Origin: Octopus vulgaris
Taxonomy: Eukaryota
Assembly (NCBI GenBank): GCA_951406725.2
Contig: OX597821.1
Location: forward strand, 31,248,001 to 31,312,000
Reading direction: 5' to 3'
DNA: 64,000 nt
Positions within the stretch are counted from its first letter, which is position 1; each line of letters begins with the position of its first letter. Under the pieces are notes generated by a model that was given only the letters and a program-made list of their open reading frames with translations, searched no databases and was not told the DNA's origin. The position numbers and the translations under genes were made by a program. Below, in pieces: positions 26,946 through 39,601 of this stretch.

Positions 26946-27776
26946 TCATATCTATAAAAGGGAGGATGTGCGTGCGTGTGTGTGTACGTGATTGTTATTT
27001 ATGCACGTCCACAATTTAGCACGCATGTCGTTCAAATTTTAGGGCATTTGTCAACATCCTATCGGGGTTTTGTAAACTTATTTATTTCCCCGAGGCACCC
27101 GTGGATAGCGTAAATATCTATTTTCACACATAGCTTTTAGCCACGAAAAATATCAGCCTTGGCTTTTTTGATGGCGTCTAACAGAAAAAAAAGATAGAGA
27201 AAAGTGGAAGAAGGAGGCAGAGAGTTTCACGGGAAAGACAAAATGAGAGGGGGAGAGACAGAGATTAATTGACAACGTTCTTGCCAGCGTCTAACAAAAA
27301 AAAAAGATAAGGAAAAATGGAAGAAGGAGGCAGAGAGTTTCACGGGAAAGACCAAGTGAGAGAGAGAGAGAGTAAGTTATGACGTTCATAAAAAAGAACA
27401 TGTAAAATGCTTTGATTTTTGTTTTTGAAATACATTATATTTTATAATCATAGTATAATATACTTTAGTGTTAATCTACAAATTTAACAACATTTTTTAC
27501 ATTCATTTCTGTTTATGAACATGTATGCGTGCACAAACCATGCAATAGGTGTACGTACGTACGTGTGTGTATGTGTGTTCGTGTCTGCTGCCCATATATA
27601 TTTATATTATGTTGTATATATATATTATATATAATATATGTGTACATAATATAACTAATTTCAACGGATTTTGCCCAAATTTGACGTCTATATTATTTAG
27701 CTTGGTTTGAAATAAAGAACTTGATTAGTTTAATAATCGCAACTTAATCCCGGTCAAGACCGGGTTATACTGCTAG
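26946..27776 (+). mobile_element. Non-autonomous Helitron
   Basis: A|TC 5' end. 3' hairpin cccggtc-aa-gaccggg (27749-27764) lies 8 nt before a terminal CTAG|T. No TSD. Internal direct repeat of about 85 bp (27173 and 27287). Confidence 0.8.
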
Positions 27777-28841
27777 TATATATATATTCAATAGAAATGT
27801 AATTTTCTACACGTATTTTTTGTTGTTAAATACTCTGAATTTCTCGTCTTTCTGCAAAAGGATTCTTGAATTTACTTGTCAGGATTTACCTTTGATATGT
27901 ATTGTACTTACATTTACTAATACCTCATTGTTGAACATTTACAACGTAATCCTTTTTAATCCTGAGTGCTTTACTGTTATTTGCAAGAATCTTTCAATCC
28001 CAACTTTTCTTATATATGTATTTATATATGTATTTATAAAACCGACATAACACTGGGGTTGGATTATTTAATTCAGTACATTTTAGTGTAGAGATCGGAC
28101 AAATGACTACGGTCTACATAACCAACGTTACACAAAATACAATATTGTTTCTGTTTCTGTTATTATAAGCGATTCACTATCTGTTTCATTCGGGAATTGT
28201 GTAATGGCTATCAGTTACAATTGTATTACAAAAATAAAGAAACACAAATATAAGAGTGTAGGTCTAACATGGGATAGATTTCGTGTGAGTGTCCTCATAC
28301 ATAATTTTACTAGAAAAATAATTGAATAATACTTTTATGGTTACACAGAGTGGTTTAATATTCTAGTTCGTTGCTGAGGTACTCTAGCCTTTAATTTTTG
28401 TGACCTTCAAGCATTTTATAGTTCTAGAAGATTTCGTGTACACTCCTTATAATACTTGTTCGACATGTGTCAAGGGTGTGTTTGTACTGTGTGTTTGCCA
28501 TTTTGTTGCAGATGCTACGTCAGTGGTAATATACTTCACTTGAAGTCCATTTTCACATACATTAAGCTATTTCCTCTCTTTGTGTAGACATACGTGTATA
28601 TGTATATACATGTTTGAATACATGTTCATTTACAAGCAAAGGTACTACCTGTATATGATTTATCTATGCGACAGAACAGTTTGGAACACTGGAAAGGCTA
28701 TTCTGTTTTTATTTGAAATCAAACTGGACATGATAATGATAGATGCTTAAACAAACTGTCAATTTATCAAAACAAATAATGTGATCTAGTTCGGTAAAAA
28801 TCTGCATGCATATTTCATTACTTAAAAAGTACATGCATACT

Positions 28842-28926
28842 TCATTTCGACATGTATGTTCTCAATCATTTCGACATGTATGTTCTCAATCATTTCGACA
28901 TGTATGTTCTCAATCATTTTGACATA
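28842..28926. repeat. 24-bp minisatellite, about 3.5 copies
   Basis: Unit tcatttcgacatgtatgttctcaa. Confidence 0.93.
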
Positions 28927-29887
28927 TTCATCATTTTTCATGGAGCGCAGATTTCTTTTTTAATTGAAATAAAATTAAATAAAATTTACAATATTATGAA
29001 AAATGATTATCCAGAATACTTATAAGATGAAAAATGATATTTGCTTGAGGCATAGGAAAGGGAGAATAAAAAAAAGGATGAAATATTTAATGTGAACTTA
29101 CAATTATCTTTCTCAAGCCATTGTATTAGAGAATTTACAACATACATACCTACTCTCACACGCACACACACACACACACACACACAATCGCACATATACT
29201 CTGGATACTCACAGCCACTTGCATATATGCATATATAGGTTATTCATGCTAAGCTTGATGATATTACGTTTGCCTTTAAAGGACTAGATGACTTAGTGAA
29301 CAGTTAGAGGCGTTGGAGAGTTTAAGTATCAAAGCTGTAGTTGTGAAAACTATTAGCTGAATATTGAAAAAGAATTATCTGTATCATGATGACTGACACC
29401 CGTTCTGAAAATGATGATATCACGACTGATACTCAATATTCGGGGTGCAGGATGTTAAAAGCTGGAATGAAGGGTCTACAAAAGTAGTAGCCTGCAGGAT
29501 CGGATACAGTAGGCGTTCCGACTGCTTCCCCATGATAGGATTGGATCCTTCATCTTTCAACAGGGCCTTAGGTTTAATTCAGATGGTATTTGAAACTACT
29601 CGGATGAATTCAACGCGTGTTTTTATAAAAATATCAGCATTAAATATGCAGCTTGCGATTACGTGTCATTTTAGTTATGTAGTTGTACAAATACAGTAAA
29701 AAGCTCTATTTTGTAACAAAAGAAAACTATTGTCTTCTCTTCTTAATAAGCCATATCTATTAATATGTTAGATATCTAAAACTGATTGAACCTTGAAAAC
29801 TCACGATCAATGAAGAGACTTATGAGACAAATTCAACATTGGTGTTTAAATTTCGATCTCAGAAAAAAATTGTATATGAATAATATA

Positions 29888-30057
29888 GGCGCAGGAGTGA
29901 TGTGTGGTAAGTAGATTGCTTACGAACCACATGGTTCCGGGCTCAGTCCCACCGCGTGGCACCTTGGGCAAGTGTCTTCTACTATAGCCTCGGGCCGACC
30001 AAAGCCTTGTGAGTGGATTTGCTCGACGGAAAATAGAAGAAGCCCGTCGTATATATG

Positions 30058-30110
<53 letters not shown>

Positions 30111-30340
30111 GTGTGTGTGTTGTTTGTGTGTCTGTGTTTGTCCCCCCAACATCGCTTGACAACCGATGCTGGTGTGTTTTCGTCCCCGTAACATAGCGGT
30201 TCGGCAAAAGAGAGCCGATAGAATAAGTACTAAGCTTACAAATAATTAGTTCTGGGGTCGATTTGCTCGACTAAAGGCGGTGCTCCAGCATGGGCACAGT
30301 CAAATGACTGAAACAAGTAAAGACGAGAGTAAAAAAAGAG
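29888..30340 (+). mobile_element. Full-length tRNA-derived SINE, family A
   Basis: ggcgcaggagtgatgtgtggtaag (A-box-like) and ggttccgggctcagtccc (B-box-like). Internal TA/TG tract; A-rich tail. Confidence 0.92.
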
Positions 30341-30642
30341 AAAAGTATGATTATCCATGCCATAGAGCAAAACACTAAACAGTTTAAGCATGAATAAGTG
30401 GAGTGCATGTGTTCCAAAGATCATGTGACATGACAGACGCTGTAATTAGAGCAGTTGAACATTCGGTTTAATGAGATGTAATAATTCATCGACTAAATGT
30501 ACAATAAATCAATGTAACTATTTATATCAGCACCAGAACTTGTGTTGAGGTGGTTGTCTTTCATGAATGCGATATTAAAAATTCCTATGATTATTACCAT
30601 TATCCTTAGATTGCACCCCATGTTAGTACTGAAATGCTTCAA

Positions 30643-30810
30643 CATCATCATCATCATCATCATTCCCACCGTCGTTGTCATCATCATCATCGTCGTCATC
30701 GTCGCCGTCATCATTATTATAATCGTTATCATCACAATCACCCCATCACTCAAATCGCAGCAGAACCACTGTAGTCACCAACACAAACAGCAATAACACC
30801 ATCGTCTTCG
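30643..30810. repeat. Degenerate (CAT/CGT)n low-complexity tract
   Basis: Direct reading. Confidence 0.8.
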
Positions 30811-31620
30811 TAACACTCTTTTCCGCCTATATGTTACAAGTACAACCTAAACATCAAATTCTAAACCTCAAATAACCACACAAATAGTGACAGAAATGGA
30901 AATAGTTTAAACTCCACTGGTGTACCGTTCACTCTTAATTTGGTCTTATTTTTCAATCGTGTCAGTTTATTTCCCTAATGTCTGACATCGTGCTGATTTT
31001 ACGAATGCAAGTAGAGACAGTGTCAAATAATATAAAATTACAGAATACAGTTAGACTTTCCGAGAAGTTTAGACTCAGACCACCTTTATTAAACCGGATC
31101 TGCAATCGGGAACCTTCTATCTATGCTCAACGTATCTTGGATTTCAGGATGAGCTGATCGAAAGTTTTTCATATTTGAGAAAGATTAGAGTGGGCTTTCC
31201 AGCAGGTTGAACAATTATATAACGGTACCCACGACGGTGTTTTCAAGGCAGAAAACGTCCGAAAACGATCTCGCATGAACGCCAGAATATTGAACTGTAT
31301 AGGGCGGAAGTTTAACAAGGACACTGAGTGGCATAGTGCCTTTCACGATCATCTAGATCATTCCAAAATGATCTATCTGGGCACAACAATCAGGTGCCAG
31401 ATATGCCTGTGCTGTGCAAGCATATAATCAATAATTGGTGGAGAGTTTCTCATTTAAACGAATTAGGTATTCGTGGAAAAAATCCTGAATACATGTTAAC
31501 ATTGCTGACACGTTACGAAACGTGTCTGAATGCTTTTAAAGAGCTCCGACATCAAACTTCATTCGAAATATTTGTCTTCCACTGTTTGTCAGTCTGTGTG
31601 TGTCTCTCTTTCTTTCTCAC

Positions 31621-31657
<37 letters not shown>

Positions 31658-31684
31658 ATATCTATTTATCTATCTATCTACCTA

Positions 31685-31757
<73 letters not shown>

Positions 31758-33096
31758 TATGTTTGCGTATTTATACTTCAATCTGTATTTCATTGACACT
31801 GATTTAATGTTTTATTTTCATTCCTTTTAAGAGCATTCAGTTTTCCTATCCCCCCCATCACTTCCTTTGTCTTCCATATTTTACATATCTCTTTAGCCTC
31901 AAACATTTGACTTGTTGTTTTATTAATTACATCTGGTCGCCACTATTTCTCAATTAATTTCACTTTTTCGCTATACATTATTTCCTCCACTGGCCTTTTA
32001 ATGCTCTGAATAAATCCATTCCCTACTTTTTTTGTTTTGTTTCCTATTTATATGTTTTATTCCTTTCCCCTTTTTCCTATCTTCAAGCTATTGTAGTCAG
32101 CTTTCTCAGTTTCATATTGTTCAAGTTAATAGGATCACTGGTCTCCTGACAAATAATTAATATTTAATGCTTGAAATGAATATCCAATAGATATAATATC
32201 ACTACCATTCACATATTCATTTTTTTGTTGTTTTTATTATTGCTCTTATTATTATCATTGCATATCTTAATGTTTAGCGATTCATCAAAACATTGATTTC
32301 TTTTTTCCTAATGTTCATATATTTTTTGGCTGAATAAATAACTCAACAAAGAATAATGTATTGGATGGGAAAAATCTATTTTTATTGCTTATTTGCATTC
32401 TCATTGCTTGTGAATTTCGGTTTGTCCATATAGTAAGAATCCGTCTCTGCATAGAACTTTCCCAAGCAGAAATATTTTTCGGTTATTCATTTCTACAAAC
32501 CACCTAAAAGTGTATCGTACTCATATTTATAGACACGATATATTTTCTCATATTACTTTCCGTGTTACATTGATCTGAGAAATGCAAAGTGTCGAAATAG
32601 AATCGATCTCACAGAGGTCACATTTAGGGCTATATCAAGAATTAGATTAGATGGATTATGTGAATGTGCTATTTTCCCTTCAACAACACAGCAAGGGAAT
32701 AACACAAATGTATTTATTAACTCAACGACAGGCTACTATTTTGTACATATAGATATTTACCAATATGATTAAGAGTATGCATTCAATATATATGTGCGAG
32801 TTTCTTTGTGTATGTGTACGACTGTAGTATGTCTGTAAAAGGGTTTGCTTGCATAAGTACATATATAAGAATATATATATGCGCGTGTATGTATGTATAT
32901 ATATGTTTGTATGTTTATATGTATATATGTATATATGTGTATATATATATGTATGTGTGTGTGTGTAATATACATATCTATTTATTTACATATGGATACA
33001 CAGGTTACACTACCGATAGATATGTCCTGTCCTCATTTTATCCCTCCCTACTTTTCTACTCCTCCTTACACTTACACACACTCACCACACACACAC

Positions 33097-33174
<78 letters not shown>

Positions 33175-33198
33175 ACATATATGCATATACATACATAC

Positions 33199-33244
<46 letters not shown>

Positions 33245-33248
<4 letters not shown>

Positions 33249-33595
33249 TGACTGTGTGGTAAGAAGCCTGCATGACTTCGGATTCATTTTCGCAGCGTGG
33301 ACACTTGGGGAGTGTCTTCTATAGCCACTGGCCGATCTACCCCTTCTGAGTAGACTAGGTTGACAAAAAGTGAAACAAGTCTTATCTATATAGATACATT
33401 TAAGTTGGTCCCTCCACGATCGCTTGACATCTGATGTTGGTGTGATTGCGTCCCCGTAGCTTAGTGATTTGGCAAAGAGAATGATGGAAAAAGGCTTGCA
33501 AAGTGTAAGTCTGACGGTCAATTTATTCGACTAAATGGCGGCGATCCAGCATGGCCACAATTGAAATGAGTGAAACGAGTAGAAAGTAAAAGATT
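33245..33595 (+). mobile_element. tRNA-derived SINE, family A, old copy
   Basis: Colinear diverged match to 29888-30340. Confidence 0.8.
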
Positions 33596-33899
33596 ATATA
33601 TAGAGTAGTCAGCCTAAAAGGAGAATGATTAATCTTTTTTAATGTCTGAAATGCTAGTGATCGTACAAATTCGTAACTAATTTCGCAAATACGGTTAACC
33701 ATTAGCTAAATTCTGAGAAAAATCCAAGTTTGTACGATAGTTTTAGCAAAAGGTTACACCATGAACATTAGCTTCCTCCAAATGTCTCATGTGTACAATA
33801 TGAGAACGATTACATTCATTCAGAAATTTCTGAAAATTGCAAACATTGTTTACATTTACAGACTCAACGTTACTACCGTCTCAGTATTGTGCTAGCTTC

Positions 33900-34262
33900 T
33901 GAACATGGCACACCACGCTGAAATTACTCCCATATTCCGAAAAGAAAGTGTGAGGATGAAAGTCTCAGGAATGACTCTCAGTTATCTCATGAGACATAAG
34001 GAGATCAAAGAGTGTAGTTGCATGTGTTCTTAAGCTCATGGGCAATGAAACCTACCGTGAGAAAGAAGAACAAATTGGAAAGCTTTCGTTGCGGAAGCTC
34101 ATCAGAACTGGAGGGATGAAAATTTATCACAAGTTCATTTTAGCGATGAAAGCAAATTCAATTTAGTAGGTTCATATGGTAGACAATGCCTGAAGAAATC
34201 TGTCAAGTCTGGAGGATGATGCGTCATGGTGTATGGAATGATTTCTTCTGAAGGATTGGATG
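33900..34262 (+). pseudogene. Tc1-family transposase remnant
   Basis: 34133-34260 translates to VHFSDESKFNLVGSYGRQCLKKSVKSGG*CVMVYGMISSEGL (first D of DDE, and the GG..VM.W motif). Confidence 0.75.
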
Positions 34263-34929
34263 TATATGTAATTCCACCTTTACGGTGTTTTATTTCACTG
34301 GAATATAATGCCATTGTATTGTGATTATATTTATAATTTATAAATAAATATATGAAGGAGGTGAGGACTATATGGTTCCTTCTCCAGTCCTTCATTGCAG
34401 CACATTGGACATGTTTCTTCTCTTATAGTCTTGAGAGGAGGGAAGACTGGTGAGGAAATGGGGAAGACAGAAACTGAAAGAAGTCTGTAAAATGTAAGTG
34501 TGAATATATATACACACACATACACACACACACACACACGGACACACACACGCACATACACACACACACACACACACACATAAATTTATATATATATATA
34601 TGTGTGTATACCTTCCCCTCCATATATTCAGTGAAGCTTAAGCTAAGCCTAAGCGGTTATCGACTACTATTTCCAGCAAACATTTTTACCTTGCTGTGCC
34701 ACTATTTCCTATTCATAATTCTATCCTTACTGTGCATTATTTCGTTGGAAAATAATACTTTACCTAGCGTGGTCTGTTTTCGACTGCTATTTACATCAAA
34801 CATTGTTGGCTTGTGCCTACCTTTACGGTGTTTTATTTCGCGGGAATATAATAACAGATGTATTAGGACATTAGGACACGAAATGTAAAAGCCGGACTAG
34901 ACTCCATTGTCTCCCAAGATAAAAAGGAT

Positions 34930-35270
34930 GCCAACAATATGAAATAGCAAAAAACAGTAAAAGAGTTATAAGGAAATTGAAAATTGTAAGTGTACACGAA
35001 CTTTAATTCAATTCATAATCCAAATTTGTGCACAACTAATATACATTCTACAAATTGTTTCAGAGACTAATTAATTCGAAAGACAAAACGAAAAGCTCCT
35101 CGTGAAATGAAAATTAGATTACTCGTCAGGAATTATATACTCGTATGAATAATTACGACCAACAAAAATATACAGAAACCTTTTTTTTTATTTGTTCGTT
35201 AACGTCTGGGCTACGAAATTGAATTAAAATTCGTCTATACTTACAAAATTTTCTTTTCCTTTTACTTCAT
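34930..35270 (-). mobile_element. PLE pseudo-LTR-like remnant with a partial inverted repeat and hammerhead
   Basis: aaattgtaagtgtacacgaactttaattcaatt (about 34981-35013) is inverted at about 35217-35251. Confidence 0.6.
35045..35133 (-). ncRNA. Type I hammerhead ribozyme with a long stem II
   Basis: attc-CTGACGA-gtaatctaatt...aattagtctct-GAAA-caatttg-TA-gaat. Confidence 0.7.
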
Positions 35271-35274
35271 TTCC

Positions 35275-35316
<42 letters not shown>

Positions 35317-35321
35317 TTATC

Positions 35322-35395
<74 letters not shown>

Positions 35396-35398
<3 letters not shown>

Positions 35399-35844
35399 GT
35401 ATAAAGTCAACAGAACGTGACAGTCCCGTAGAGGGAATTACACCACCGCTATATAGCCCTGGGAAACATCGACGCTTCCTGTCGGCTTTGACACATTTCC
35501 TGTGTCCTTATATTTGCAAAGGAGAGGCAAGCACCCCCATCAGCTAGAACTAGCAACCTGGAGACATGCATGTTTCCGGGTCTTGCCTGTCGTCAGTCCA
35601 GGTTAGTGTGTCCCCGCTAGCGGTGATACCTACCAATCCTTTGCAAATATATCTAGTTACAGTGAAATTTATTCACTGGTCACCATAATTAGAAATATTG
35701 AATTCCTAAACGTCTCAACGAGACATAAGCGGTGGTGGAGCGATAGAGTCGTTGTATAAAGTCAACATAACGTGACAGTCCCGTAGAGGGAATTTCACCG
35801 CCGCTATATAGCCCTGGGAAGCATCGACGCTTCCTGCCGGCTTT

Positions 35845-35846
<2 letters not shown>
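35396..35846 (-). mobile_element. Retrozyme-like non-coding element: 355-bp unit plus a 96-bp direct repeat, with a hammerhead
   Basis: Direct repeat at 35396-35491 and 35751-35846. Internal helices atatttgcaaagga/tcctttgcaaatat and agcggtggtgga/ttcaccgccgct. No ORF. Confidence 0.75.
35555..35604 (-). ncRNA. Type I hammerhead ribozyme; best-formed copy in the window
   Basis: aacctgga-CTGACGA-caggcaagacccg-GAAA-catgcatg-TC-tccaggtt. 8-bp stem I, palindromic stem III, GUC triplet. Confidence 0.88.
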
Positions 35847-35893
<47 letters not shown>

Positions 35894-35914
35894 AAATGAA
35901 GGAACAGGAAAAGA

Positions 35915-36400
35915 AAAATTGCTCCATGGTGAATTGTGTATTAATATTAATATTAAGCATTATTTTGAGATCGAGGAGTTTGTCCATGCTGTCTTTCCAA
36001 AGTATAAAGGAATTGTCCAAATACTTCTTCCAGTTCTCTTTTAAATAGCAATGAATTGAGGTGCCATATTTTTATAGTGATGGTTATTATATTTTAAGTT
36101 CTAGGTAACCCATTACAAGGTCCGCAATCGCTGGAGGAGCACGAGTTTCCTTTGCAATTCCCTATTTTTGTCGATAGTAAGCTCTATCGAACATAAAATA
36201 GTTGTTCAGTGCTGCGATTAAGAATATGTGGTTGATGCGTCTTGGGATCTCTTCTGGGTATTTTTCGAGCCAGAAGGTGGTTGCTTCTATACCATAATTG
36301 GGTGAGATATTGGGGTACAAATTCACCACATCGAATGATACCAACAGGGTTCCTACATCTATTGTCTTCATCAATAAATATCTTCCACAACTCAATATGA
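35915..36400 (-). pseudogene. Penelope-like reverse transcriptase fragment
   Basis: TLLVSFDVVNLYPNI..YGIEATTFWLEKYP..NNYFMFDRAYYRQK*GIAKETRAPPAIADLVMGYLE..WKKYLDNSFILWK..FTMEQ. Confidence 0.88.
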
Positions 36401-36737
36401 AAACGTAACTTAATACAGAACACTGCTAACATTTCAATTAATACACCATTCACATTACACATCTATATCTACCCTAATTGCACCAAATCCAGAACTACTT
36501 ACTCCCTGACACAATCTATTGACTCAGGGACTAGTAGACCCGATACCGTTTGATAAACGGTGTGTATACAAAGCAGTGAGCATGCATGCCTTTGAATCTC
36601 TTTAACAATTCACAATAATGATTTTTATTACTACCTCAGTTCATCTAGTTATATATATCTATCGTAACTTTTCATAAAAAGCCTTTACATTTTTTAAATT
36701 TCCAATGTGCATTTTCGCTTATTTTTCTTCTTACTTT

Positions 36738-36782
<45 letters not shown>

Positions 36783-36802
36783 AATACACACGCACATATA
36801 TG

Positions 36803-37054
36803 TATGGGCAGATCAATAAGTATCCGAACGGTTGGCATAATAACGACGCTAAATCCACTTGGCACGGTTTCATCTTAAAGTTTGGTATAGGCGCACGAGT
36901 GGCTGTGTGGTAAGTAGCTTGCTAAGCAACCACATGGTTCCGGGTTCAGTCCCACTGTCTGTCACCTTGGGCAAGTGTCTTCTGCTATAGCCTCGGGCCG
37001 ACCAAAGCCTTGTGAGTGGATTTGGTAGACAGAAACTGAAAGAAGCCTGTCGTT

Positions 37055-37141
<87 letters not shown>

Positions 37142-37670
37142 GTGTGTATATGTTTGTGTGTCTGTATTTGTCCCTCTAGCATTCTTTGATAACGATGCTG
37201 GTGTGTTTGCGTCCGCGTAACTTAGCGGTTCGGCAAAAGAGACCAATAGAATAAGTACTGGACTTACAGAGAATATGTCCCGCGGTCGATTTGCTCGACT
37301 AAAGGCGGTGCTCCAGCATGGCCGCAGTCAAATGACTGAAACAAGTAAAACAGTAAAGAGTAAAAGAGAATGCATTCGCACCAAGACATTACGTTCTAGC
37401 TCATTTAAGCTGTTTACAACAATGATTGAAAAGAACGTGTGCAGCGTGCCATCGTCGTATTATTCATGAATCCTGATCAAATTTTGCCAAAATCTTGGAG
37501 ATTCTAGCTCGAAGGCCTACGAAACATTGCAGAAGGTGATTGTATGAGCCGATAAAATGTCGATTGGGACTAAAGTTCCGGGAGACCTGCAACCAGTAGA
37601 ACTGAGAAAAACATCGCATTTGTGTGTGCAGCTGTGAGGGGAAATCGTCGAATCACCGTCCGTGAGTTAT
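36803..37670 (+). mobile_element. mariner-like 5' remnant, interrupted by a SINE
   Basis: TIR-like start tatgggcagatcaataagtatccg. 37477-37670 gives IKFCQNLGDSSSKAYETLQK...AVRGNRRITVREL, typical of a mariner N-terminal HTH region. Confidence 0.6.
36890..37368 (+). mobile_element. Full-length tRNA-derived SINE, family A
   Basis: ggcgcacgagtggctgtgtggtaag...ggttccgggttcagtccc; colinear with 29888-30340. Confidence 0.92.
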
Positions 37671-37788
37671 GACAGCGTATTTGACGACGTATTTCTATCT
37701 ATAACTAATATTGAATATCATCCTGTGAGGGCTTGAAAAACGGGGCACACCTGACCTCGGGCACATTTGTGTATGTTTATATATATAC

Positions 37789-37895
<107 letters not shown>

Positions 37896-37905
37896 TAGAT
37901 AGATA

Positions 37906-38992
37906 CAGTTGCGGCCAAAATGTTCAGAACGGCATTGTTTTCGCCAGAAAAGTAGGTATAAGTTTTTATCAAATTTCTTTTATATTCTATCATTTTCAGA
38001 CAATAACTACGATATTAATTGTTATTGTCAGAGATTTTGGTGTAATTTGAGAGGATAATACAAAAGTTATGGATGTTTTAGGGAAAATACTGTAAAACCA
38101 ATGGCGGCCAAAATGATCAGAACGTTTGCTTTTACTCCATGTTTTAGTATATGTAACCGGCGAACTCTAATGTTTTGAATTTGTTTACGTGACGGTTGGT
38201 TTACTAAACATTAGTAAGAATATCTGCAGTTTACTTTGTTAATATAATGCCACTTACTCCGTTAAAAATTCGTCAGCAGATTATTAAGCTTCGAAAGAAG
38301 GATAATTTAAGTATTAGGTCTATTGCAAAGATTGTTAAGAAGTCAAAAAGTGTTGTTCACGGTATTCTTAAGGTCTTCGATGAATGGAATATGATCACCT
38401 AGCAAGAAATTGAAAATTTAGTTTCCTCATGCAGTTGAAGATGTCAACGTGTGATTGAAGCTAAAGGGCTTCACACTAAATATTAAATAATTCCAGTATT
38501 CTCTGTCATTTTTTATTATTTTGTTATTTTTTCAACCGTTCTGATCATTTTTGGACGCCATGGGTTTTGCAATAAATCACTAAATCATCCATAAATTTTG
38601 TATTATCCTCTCAAATTACACCAACATCTCAGACAATAACGATTAATATTGTAGTCATTGTCTGTGAAAAGTCCCTCCTAGCGTGTGGCATTTATGTGTA
38701 ATAATGCCCTCTATATAATATAAATATATATATATATATATATAATACGTTCTATATATATATATATATATATTTCTTTACTACCCACAAGGGGCTAAAC
38801 ACAGAGGGGACAAACAAGGACAGACAAACGGATTAAGTTGATTACATCAACCCCAGTGCGTAACTGGTACTTAATTTATCGACCCCGAAAGGATGAAAGG
38901 CATTCTATATATATATAGAACAACTTTGATAAAAACTTATATCTACTTTTCTGGCGAAAACAATGCCGTTCTGAATATTTTGGCCGCAACAG
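37906..38992 (+). mobile_element. Internally deleted Tc1-family transposon (IR-DR type)
   Basis: TA|cagttgcggccaaaatgttcagaacggcattgttttcgccagaaaagtag, with the inverted copy ending 38992|TA. Inner repeat gcggccaaaatgatcagaacg at about 38105. Residual MPLTPLKIRQQII..SIRSIAKIVKKSKSVV joined to ..IENLVSS..RCQRVIEAKGLHTKY*. Confidence 0.9.
38774..38902 (-). mobile_element. SINE 3' fragment (family C) inserted in the right Tc1 TIR
   Basis: gattacatcaaccccagtgcgtaactggtacttaatttatcgaccccgaaaggatgaaagg matches the reverse complement of 49520-49590. Confidence 0.75.
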
Positions 38993-39601
38993 TATATATA
39001 TATGTATATATATATGCTCTTATATTATTGTAATATTTGATATATGGAATCTTTACTGTTTCGTGGTTTGAATTTCTAGTTGGATAATAGTTTTTCATGC
39101 ACATACTTATTTTATTGAACATCGACAAGTAAAATTAATCCCTGACTATTATTCTGATTATATGTTAACGTATATGACATGTGTGCATTCCAATTCAAAC
39201 ATTATGAGTATTAAGTTGGCAACTCCAGTATTGAAGCAAATATCTAACACATGACGACGGCATCACGTGATAATAAACTGCCAATAGTGCTGAATGGAAA
39301 TGGGTTCCCTTTTCAATGTCTCAGATCTCTTATATTATTCTTAATAGAAATGTTTCGATGAAGATGAGTAAACTTTTATGTGGTGCAACGTAGTATGTTA
39401 CAGGTCACATCACCTCTAGATACACTTTTCCCTATGGTTTTCTATGGGTTTTTTAAAAGAGCGTTCGAACTACATTATAACTTTCACCCGCAACGTTCAA
39501 AACACAATTTAGATTTCATTTTTTTTCTATACACACCTGCCAATGAGAAAATGGGATAGTGTTTCCCCATTTCCGCTTACATCAGTAACACTCAGAATAT
39601 T

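Noticed and set aside
28842-28926. 24-bp repeats as a CRISPR-like array
   Set aside because: Head-to-tail with no spacers, in a eukaryotic context; a plain minisatellite.
31150-31540. Possible mariner C-terminal remnant (LLTRYETCLN)
   Set aside because: A single short motif; no TIRs or catalytic motifs found.
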